This document shows positions 57,325 through 64,000 of a stretch of DNA of 64,000 nucleotides, one piece after another. The stretch lies in IMG/VR virus record IMGVR_UViG_3300036770_007945, positions 1-64,000 of that record, one strand, 5' to 3'. This DNA is from a virus. Lineage: Duplodnaviria > Heunggongvirae > Uroviricota > Caudoviricetes. The notes beneath the pieces were generated by a model. That model had not been told where the DNA came from. It saw only the letters and a program-made list of their open reading frames with translations, and searched no databases. Position numbers and translations under genes: made by a program. The first letter of the stretch is position 1; every line of letters starts with the position of its first letter.

Positions 57325-58587
57325 TTAAATTTTAATATGAAGTATTAGACTCTGAATTCTGTCCTTGATGTTATTAACGTGAGTAACGAAAAGATCGCAC
57401 AGAGAGTCTTCAAGGAGTGTTCCAGATTCTTTCTGCCAATAACCAAAGGAGACTGCTTTACCTTTGACCGCATGTAGAAGATGCTTACAGTGTTCAGGCA
57501 CACTACTAAAGAAAACCACTTCAAGTTCGGGATCCCCTGACAGTAATTTTAAAATTGTATAAGATTTGACTAATCGCTCTAAACCAGCGGCACTATCGGA
57601 AGGAGCCCCTTTAGTATATGTAGACAAGCTCTCTACTATAGATGTAGAGGTTTTGAATAACAGTTCTCTCTCTTTTATGTCTCGTAGTAACAACACCTCT
57701 TCTATGTCCATTTTAAGGTATTTTGAAATACTAATGTGTTTGCTGTCTTTTAAGTTATACTTAATCCAATTAATAAAGGCTGCCGCTGAGTTTCGAGAAA
57801 TACAAGAAGAAACCGCTTCAATTAAAAGAGGCGAGTTATTTCCATAAGAGTAATCTTTTAATGCTAAATCCCTTAAAGCTTCTTCTGTAGGTGCTAGCTC
57901 TTTTAAACAAGCATCTACACTTGCCCAGCTTCTCGGGGTCGCAAAAGCTCTGTCTTTAAAGGTGTGAGGTTCTTTAGAAAGAGTGAATAAAGCCTTCGGC
58001 TCTTCTTCAATGAATTTAATGATTGCTGAATGAATATTATTCTTTCTAGCCCAATCAAGCCAGGCATTGCTACAATACTTTATTTCTATATGCACGAAGC
58101 GGTTTAGAAGAGGAGTAGCCATTTTAAATGTGACTCCTCTATCGCTATCTCTATTACCTGCAGCCACTACAGAAACTTTTGCTGGCAATGTATAGTCACC
58201 TATTTTTCTATCAAGAACGAGCTGATACGCTGTTGCCTGCACTGAAGGGGTAGCGCAATTAAACTCATCTAAAAAAAGAATACTATCATCCTCAGGATCT
58301 GTAGGTAGACAAGAAGGAACTGCCCAGTTCATAGTAGTCTTACTTGAGTCTAAGAAAGGAATTCCTCTTAGATCTGAAATATCTAACTGCGAAAGCCTCA
58401 AGTCTATTACCTTGCGTTTTCCCTCTAAAGCAACCTGTTTAATTAGATCTGATTTACCTACACCAACAGGTCCATGTATAAATAGAGGTTTTTGTAATTT
58501 TAAAAAGAGTTTAACTAAAGGCAAAGCTTTTTCAAGATCTAAAGGTTCTAAGTCTTGAAGCTTTATTTGTTGTATATTATTAGTCAT
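57325..58587 (-). CDS. MoxR-family AAA+ ATPase.
   Basis: Walker A is HGPVGVGKSDL. Walker B is ILFLDEFN. The downstream ...VVAAGN... region is typical of MoxR/CbbQ. Confidence 0.65.
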   Translation of the reverse strand: MTNNIQQIKLQDLEPLDLEKALPLVKLFLKLQKPLFIHGPVGVGKSDLIKQVALEGKRKVIDLRLSQLDISDLRGIPFLDSSKTTMNWAVPSCLPTDPEDDSILFLDEFNCATPSVQATAYQLVLDRKIGDYTLPAKVSVVAAGNRDSDRGVTFKMATPLLNRFVHIEIKYCSNAWLDWARKNNIHSAIIKFIEEEPKALFTLSKEPHTFKDRAFATPRSWASVDACLKELAPTEEALRDLALKDYSYGNNSPLLIEAVSSCISRNSAAAFINWIKYNLKDSKHISISKYLKMDIEEVLLLRDIKERELLFKTSTSIVESLSTYTKGAPSDSAAGLERLVKSYTILKLLSGDPELEVVFFSSVPEHCKHLLHAVKGKAVSFGYWQKESGTLLEDSLCDLFVTHVNNIKDRIQSLILHIKI

Positions 58588-58694
58588 AAAAAGATTATTA
58601 TATGGTTACTATTTAAACAACTATATAATAATTACAATTTTTTTAAAAGGCAACAAAATAAATAAAAAATTTTGATATCTTTTTACTTTTAGTT

Positions 58695-59264
58695 TTACTC
58701 TTTATCCCCGAGGTTTAGGTTTGACCGAATTAGGAGTTCTTTTCCTACTAACTGAGGAGTAAGGGCTTCGATTAAAGCATCTCGCTGCTTTGAGTCCTTC
58801 TTAATGTAGCATAGTGTGACATGAGGCACGTAACCTGCAAAGGTATTTATGTGAGGCAAAAACTGTAGTCTTTGATGAGCTTCGAGAATACTTGGGGTCA
58901 AGCTTATTTTAGCTATGATACAGTAATACTCTTCTTCTGGGTATGGGCTATCAAAATACTCAACACTCTCAACTTTAACGCTCGAGAGAGTCCACCCCTT
59001 TAGAACTGTTTTAATTTGCTTGGCAATTTTCTTTGCTGGTGACAATAATCCATACAGTAAGGTGACGTGCGGGTTTTTATCCGCTACCCAACCTTTAATC
59101 CAATGTTTTTTAGGATCCGTTGATGTATAAAATTCATACGGCTCTGAAAACTTTTCAATAGTGATAGGATAAACATCAGCCATAACGCAACCCAAAGCAC
59201 TCAAATCTATATCTAGATCTTTATACAGTTCCTTAAATTGATGAGCACTATGTTGTTTATCCAT
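58695..59264 (-). CDS. 2H phosphoesterase (LigT / 2',3'-cyclic phosphodiesterase family).
   Basis: Two H-x-T-x motifs, NPHVTLLYG and VPHVTLCYI, are spaced ~85 aa apart. Confidence 0.6.
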   Translation of the reverse strand: MDKQHSAHQFKELYKDLDIDLSALGCVMADVYPITIEKFSEPYEFYTSTDPKKHWIKGWVADKNPHVTLLYGLLSPAKKIAKQIKTVLKGWTLSSVKVESVEYFDSPYPEEEYYCIIAKISLTPSILEAHQRLQFLPHINTFAGYVPHVTLCYIKKDSKQRDALIEALTPQLVGKELLIRSNLNLGDKE

Positions 59265-59270
59265 TCAAAG

Positions 59271-59768
59271 CTATTCTTGGCCTTCGTAGATATTTAACCA
59301 ATCTGGTTTTTGATGTGGATCTCTAGCTGAAGGGTTGTAAGCATAAAATAAACTGCAAGCCGCCTCTATTTGATTGTTATTTACTAACTCTTGCATTGCT
59401 ATTTCCAAATCTCTTCGGGCAATTAATATTTCTCCGTAAGCTTCTGAAAACAGTTGACAATACTCAATGCCGTTCGCTCCATAAGAGTGGTAAAGGATAG
59501 GTAAGCTGACTTTTGCATTGATGATACGTAGTGGTAAAACTTCTAGAGTGCTTTTTAAATAGACAGCTACATTTTCTGTATTTGTATCTGTATTTGTATC
59601 TGTATTTGTATCTGTATTTATATTCTCTATATTTACATTTTCTGTATTTGCATCTGTATTCCCTACATTATCTGTATTTGTATCTGTAGTAAGCTCTTCG
59701 GTATTTTTAGAAGGCTGATTATCATTTTGATTAGAAGACTTTTGGTTATTCTTATTGCGTTTGAACAT
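59271..59768 (-). CDS. Hypothetical protein with a TD/TN dipeptide repeat tract.
   Basis: ...NTDTNTDTNTDTNTENV... is encoded by a 12-bp tandem repeat. The N-terminus is Asn/Gln-rich. Confidence 0.4.
   Translation of the reverse strand: MFKRNKNNQKSSNQNDNQPSKNTEELTTDTNTDNVGNTDANTENVNIENINTDTNTDTNTDTNTENVAVYLKSTLEVLPLRIINAKVSLPILYHSYGANGIEYCQLFSEAYGEILIARRDLEIAMQELVNNNQIEAACSLFYAYNPSARDPHQKPDWLNIYEGQE
59575..59690. repeat. 12-bp tandem repeat (TCTGTATTTGTA, about 8-9 copies including degenerate ones).
   Basis: Read directly from the sequence. Confidence 0.8.
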
Positions 59769-59828
59769 AATGTATTAAATTGTGTTAATATTTATATAAA
59801 ATTAGATTGACTTTCTTCTCGTATAGAC

Positions 59829-60920
59829 TTACTTCTTGTTACAGGTGACGTCTGCTAGTGTTTCCCAATCATCACTGAATTTTGCTAAGTCTGCAATCTT
59901 CTTCACTGTGCGTAAAGATAATTCTCTTAGGGTATCTAATGATTTCTCAACATAGTTTATAATTTGTTGTTGTTTCTCTTTAGAGAAGCGATAAGAGTAT
60001 AACATCTCGGATTCAAGAATAACTTGCTTGATTCTAATGAACTTATCTCTATTAGAGTTGATATCTAAACTTAAATAATGACAACGGGATTCAATAGCCT
60101 GTAAGTGTTCTTTTAAAGCACCGCTCTTGATCTGATCAAATTTAAGATTCGTTATGAAAACGATCTGACCTTCGAAATCAAAGCTGTTAGGAATATCTTT
60201 ACGTTCTAAGGTTCTGCTATCCGAACCCCAAGTAACAGTGCGTTTCTCCGTAGTATCTAATACTGCTTTGAAAAGGTTAAGTGTATTTTGATCATAGAAG
60301 ACAGAATCGCAGTCATCAAAGACTAATATGCTATTTCGGTCTTTAAATTCAAAAAGCTTTTGATAAATGAAAAAAGCAGTAGCTGTTCCTTTAATGAATT
60401 CGTATTTCATGTTTTCATTTTCTAAGCGCTGTAGTTTTAACTGCGTCTCTATGCCATGTGTTTTACCTACCCCTGCTGGACCAGAAACTACTAAAGCTCT
60501 TATGACTCCTGAGGCAACAGCTTCTACTAAAGATTCCATGACTTTAAATCGTTTTCTAATGCGATTCGCTGCCTGTTCTTCAGTCTCTTCTATTAATGGC
60601 TGTTTTATATCTTCCATAGCGTCTATTTCTTGTTTTATTTCTTTAAAGGAGAATTCTCCTAGATCATTAATATTAGAGTTCAGCAATGATTCTTCTTCAG
60701 TATTAAAAAATTGATACTGAGTTTGTGGAGTCACTCTTACGGATACAATTTGATTATCTTTCAAAATAATACAAAATTTTTCTCCGTCTTTAGCTTTCAT
60801 TCCGTTGTGTGAATACGCTCGTAGTCTCGGACTGACCATGAGAAAGTTGCCAGAAATGCTTTCTTGTTTGTAGAAAGCATTATTTAATTTAACTGCATTG
60901 TCTTGTTTTTTAGTTGACAT
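59829..60920 (-). CDS. P-loop NTPase (AAA+/DnaC-like).
   Basis: Walker A is SGPAGVGKTHG. Walker B is ILVFDDCD. A sensor-1-like FITN follows. Confidence 0.5.
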   Translation of the reverse strand: MSTKKQDNAVKLNNAFYKQESISGNFLMVSPRLRAYSHNGMKAKDGEKFCIILKDNQIVSVRVTPQTQYQFFNTEEESLLNSNINDLGEFSFKEIKQEIDAMEDIKQPLIEETEEQAANRIRKRFKVMESLVEAVASGVIRALVVSGPAGVGKTHGIETQLKLQRLENENMKYEFIKGTATAFFIYQKLFEFKDRNSILVFDDCDSVFYDQNTLNLFKAVLDTTEKRTVTWGSDSRTLERKDIPNSFDFEGQIVFITNLKFDQIKSGALKEHLQAIESRCHYLSLDINSNRDKFIRIKQVILESEMLYSYRFSKEKQQQIINYVEKSLDTLRELSLRTVKKIADLAKFSDDWETLADVTCNKK

Positions 60921-61016
60921 ATATAAAATTTTTGTTGTTATTATTAGTATTTTATTTTTATTACCTATTTAATTCTAACTCTTTAATTATATATATCAAC
61001 TAATTTTTTTAATCTT

Positions 61017-62237
61017 TTACTTTTTATACAAAAAATTAAAAAATTTCTGCCAGATATTTTTAGGAGAGAAGTTCTTAACTTCCTCCTTTCTTGCTAGCTC
61101 CCGAAAATTACTACTATTACTTCTATTTAAGACTTCTTTCTGTCTTTTTCTTTCAACAAATAAAGGCTCTAACTCTTTCATAGTAGGTAAGGAGGTTTTT
61201 GGTAGTGTATATCCAGGCAACTCGTCTTGCATCTGCTTGACAAAAGCTTCTAAGGTTAAATCGCAATACTCATCAATCCAATCTGCAATATAGAATAGTT
61301 TATCAGAGTCTTCTAACAAGACACCAAATAGAATCGGATCTTTGTCTTTCACTTTCTGCGCTGTCGACTTTACACTATCTGCCTCTTTTGTATAATCTAA
61401 GTATAAGATGTGAAACGATTCAAAAATCCCTTGTTCCTGGGCAAGAGTTAGTTTCTCCATTACCTCGTCAGGGATGGCTCGAGGAAACTCTCGCAAAGGC
61501 TTAAAGTATGCTGTTTTGCCTGCGACATTTCTTATGAATTGCTCTACTGTCTTCTTAGAGACATAAGTAGTATAGTTTAGAGCCGCCGCTTCTCGAATCT
61601 TAACTAACTCTAACATCTTATCACGGGATCTTTCATTTAAGGCTAACTGACCGCTTCGAAGAGTAGCTTCGTAAAGTCTCCTAAATTTTAAAATCTCTTC
61701 CTCTACTGCTTTCTTTTCGACTTCTGTTAGAGTTCCTTTGACAACGTTAAAAAGAATTTTAGGTGAGACCACTCGACGGTTTGCCGGAAAAGAGCTATAT
61801 AGATCTTTAAGCTGTCTTGTAATAAAAGAATCTTCTGAGTCTTGGTTAAACGCTTCTGCCTTTTCTTGCTCTGCTTTCTGTAAAGCTTCCCACAGGTCTT
61901 TCGCTTCCTTTTCTGTTAACTCCCTATAACCTACGTGCTGTGATAAAGGCGAAAATAACTCATTGACTACTTTATCAATGACTTCTTCCTTCTGTTCTTT
62001 TGTAGGTTGTTGTTCAGGAGATAAGTTGTGGAAAGTTCTTATTTCCTCCTCAAGATCTTTTTTCCGCAATACGTCGGTCGCAATCGTTGAGAGGGACATA
62101 ACACTATACTCTTCCGAATCATTCATTTCCGTAGCAGTAACCAGCTGTTGAAGTTTGTCTTCTTTCAAAGGTTCTTCATAAGAAGCGTTCACGGATTTCG
62201 GAGTGAATTTCAAAGAATTGTTACGGTTATTAGTCAT
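61017..62237 (-). CDS. Hypothetical protein.
   Basis: A 406-aa acidic, helical protein. Confidence 0.45.
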   Translation of the reverse strand: MTNNRNNSLKFTPKSVNASYEEPLKEDKLQQLVTATEMNDSEEYSVMSLSTIATDVLRKKDLEEEIRTFHNLSPEQQPTKEQKEEVIDKVVNELFSPLSQHVGYRELTEKEAKDLWEALQKAEQEKAEAFNQDSEDSFITRQLKDLYSSFPANRRVVSPKILFNVVKGTLTEVEKKAVEEEILKFRRLYEATLRSGQLALNERSRDKMLELVKIREAAALNYTTYVSKKTVEQFIRNVAGKTAYFKPLREFPRAIPDEVMEKLTLAQEQGIFESFHILYLDYTKEADSVKSTAQKVKDKDPILFGVLLEDSDKLFYIADWIDEYCDLTLEAFVKQMQDELPGYTLPKTSLPTMKELEPLFVERKRQKEVLNRSNSSNFRELARKEEVKNFSPKNIWQKFFNFLYKK

Positions 62238-62270
62238 AATTATATATGTATTTTAAGGTTAATAAAGTAG

Positions 62271-62510
62271 TTACGGGCAGTTAACTACTCGGCCATCTTT
62301 TTTAAAATGTGGCACAATTATAATCTGCCCAGAGTCTTCAAACTTTAAGTATTGAACTTGGTCTACACAAAATTTTTCATACTTAACTCCAGGCACCTCG
62401 GCAACTACGGCTTCAAACACAGTAGGAGCTTTAAGGGAGTCTATATTAACGTTGATCTTCGTCATAGTGTCTATTAACAACGCATAAATGTATAAATTCA
62501 TTGTGATCAT
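62271..62510 (-). CDS. Hypothetical small protein.
   Basis: A 79-aa ORF. Confidence 0.3.
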   Translation of the reverse strand: MITMNLYIYALLIDTMTKINVNIDSLKAPTVFEAVVAEVPGVKYEKFCVDQVQYLKFEDSGQIIIVPHFKKDGRVVNCP

Positions 62511-62531
62511 AGTTTAATCAATATTTGTTCT

Positions 62532-63857
62532 TTAGAGTCGAGGGTCTAGAGTCTTTTCCTGCTCCTCTATTGCAATGATGTTCGCTAAGACATTCTTATA
62601 GTGATCATTATCTACACTTAAATCTTTATAAGGAATTTTAAGTAATTGTTGAGCATTATTGAACTCCTCTATACTCAACCTCATCTTATTTTTAACATCC
62701 TTTTTAGCTAATAATTTTTGATACTTCGCTGGATTTTCTAAATAATCGAAACCATAAACAAGGCGTAGAAATTCTGGAGTTCTTACTTTTAAAGCCGGTG
62801 CAATGTTCTTCTGGGCTACTTCACTAACGTCTTCCAAGATTGGTTTAACCACAACCCCCTCTAAGTCAGAAGTGGCGTTCGAAGGATTAGCAGCCCCTGC
62901 AGCTACCTTTAATCTCAATAAAGCCTCTTTTAAAGAGAGGTTATTACCGTAATTCTCTTGACAATTGTAAGTAATGCTTGGGTCTTGGCTAATTTCCCAA
63001 TAAGATTGTGCAAAATCCGGTAGAATCTCTGTTCCATCTCGCAATACAATTTTTAAAATTGCAAAAGGTTTAAAAGTTAGGTTTCCTGCAGAGCCAAAAA
63101 GTTCAACCTGTTCAGAAAAGCGTTTGCAGCTACCTTTTAAGAGGGTGAGCTTTTCTTTTGAATCTAACACTAAGTCATTACCTTGTAAAGACTTTAGAGT
63201 ATGAAGAGTTTCTTTTGCGCGTTCCCCTAGATTAGAGGCGCTTGAATCTTTAAGACTATCTAACAAATCCATCTTTGATTTTAAGAACATAGGGAAGCTT
63301 TCTGCTTGTAAAATTTTTAATTCCTTAGCTATCAATTTTGTTAGAGGTTTATAAGTTTTATTTACTAAACCTTTACCTAAACTAAACCAAGGCAATAACT
63401 CCCCATCTAATATAAGGCATTCAATATCATATTTGTCATACAAGGCTTTTACCTTCGCAGAATGTTTAATGCGACGGAAGAAAGCTCTAAAGTTTTCTAT
63501 ACTGCCCTTGTCTTTGAAAACTCTATTAATTTTATAACCACCTCTTGAGATCATATAACAATCCGAAATTTGATCTTTGAGGTAAACAGTGCACCTGCTA
63601 CCCATATATTTTGGTTGAATTATAACTTGGTTAACTTTTTTATCTTTATAATAATTCAGGGCTGCAGACAACTCCTCTAAGGATTTTTCGTCACTTGCTG
63701 AAGGAGCTATAGTATTCGCCACAAAATTCACTTTGTGTTTTGCAAGATTTTTGATTCTTCTTATTGTAGCGCTGTCAGAGACCTCAGTAAATTTAACAGT
63801 ATTAGTGTCAAAGAGTGAGAATAGTTGTGGGCGTTTACTAGCAAAAGTATTATTCAT
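62532..63857 (-). CDS. ATP-dependent polynucleotide ligase (DNA/RNA ligase, nucleotidyltransferase superfamily).
   Basis: Motif I variant IIQPKYMGSR, motif III LILDGELLPW, motif IV EGVVVKP and motif V KVRTPEF occur in the canonical order. Confidence 0.5.
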   Translation of the reverse strand: MNNTFASKRPQLFSLFDTNTVKFTEVSDSATIRRIKNLAKHKVNFVANTIAPSASDEKSLEELSAALNYYKDKKVNQVIIQPKYMGSRCTVYLKDQISDCYMISRGGYKINRVFKDKGSIENFRAFFRRIKHSAKVKALYDKYDIECLILDGELLPWFSLGKGLVNKTYKPLTKLIAKELKILQAESFPMFLKSKMDLLDSLKDSSASNLGERAKETLHTLKSLQGNDLVLDSKEKLTLLKGSCKRFSEQVELFGSAGNLTFKPFAILKIVLRDGTEILPDFAQSYWEISQDPSITYNCQENYGNNLSLKEALLRLKVAAGAANPSNATSDLEGVVVKPILEDVSEVAQKNIAPALKVRTPEFLRLVYGFDYLENPAKYQKLLAKKDVKNKMRLSIEEFNNAQQLLKIPYKDLSVDNDHYKNVLANIIAIEEQEKTLDPRL

Positions 63858-64000
63858 TAAATCCTGCGCCTCTGTTTCAAAAAAGAGCTTGCTTTTCTTC
63901 TTTGTTTGATTTGAAAATTCGTAGACGGTTAATCCTGAGTTACAGTAGACTCCAGAATCTATACCTACTTTATTCTTATACTTAAAACCTTTAGCTGTTG

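Noticed and set aside
1-64000. Prophage or integrative-element hallmarks (integrase, att repeats, transposase).
   Set aside because: No tyrosine- or serine-recombinase or transposase motifs were seen in any frame. The content fits a virulent T4-like phage genome segment.

Overview
This window looks like an AT-rich (~33-35% GC) fragment of a large T4-like myovirus genome. It carries a contractile-tail and baseplate module: tail sheath, tail tube, a tube-like baseplate paralog, a gp5/gpV-like spike, a gp25-like wedge protein, a gpX-like LysM tail protein and two paralogous tail-fibre proteins. It also carries replication and recombination genes: an SbcD/Mre11-like nuclease, a zinc-ribbon/Toprim primase, a RecA/UvsX-like recombinase, a RuvC-like resolvase, two nucleotidyltransferase-type ligases and HNH homing endonucleases. 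A large accessory load is also present: thioredoxin, a QueD-like protein, a dUTPase-fold protein, an ornithine-decarboxylase-family enzyme, a Fic protein, an SPFH/flotillin-like protein, a MoxR ATPase with a VWA/metallopeptidase partner, a 2H phosphoesterase and a calcineurin-like phosphoesterase. Three tRNA genes are present: Tyr on the minus strand, and an Asn-like gene directly followed by Trp on the plus strand. Immediately downstream of the Asn/Trp pair lies a ~1.7 kb protein-free, GC-enriched block. It contains three copies of a 19-25 nt motif (AACTCGGCAC[G/A]GGTAAAGA...), long-range inverted repeats and intrinsic terminators. This is most plausibly a cluster of structured small RNAs and is the most interesting part of the window. 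A second notable locus is a tandem pair of paralogous genes built from about 16-20 copies of a Cys-containing 8-residue repeat (CxFxTGxx), with a near-identical ~130-aa C-terminal domain. Start codons are preceded by A/T-rich tracts without Shine-Dalgarno motifs, which fits a Bacteroidetes-type host, but that is an inference. No rRNA, CRISPR array, integrase or transposase was found. Many ORFs have no recognisable motif and are called hypothetical. All domain calls rest on motifs read by eye from the translations, not on database searches.
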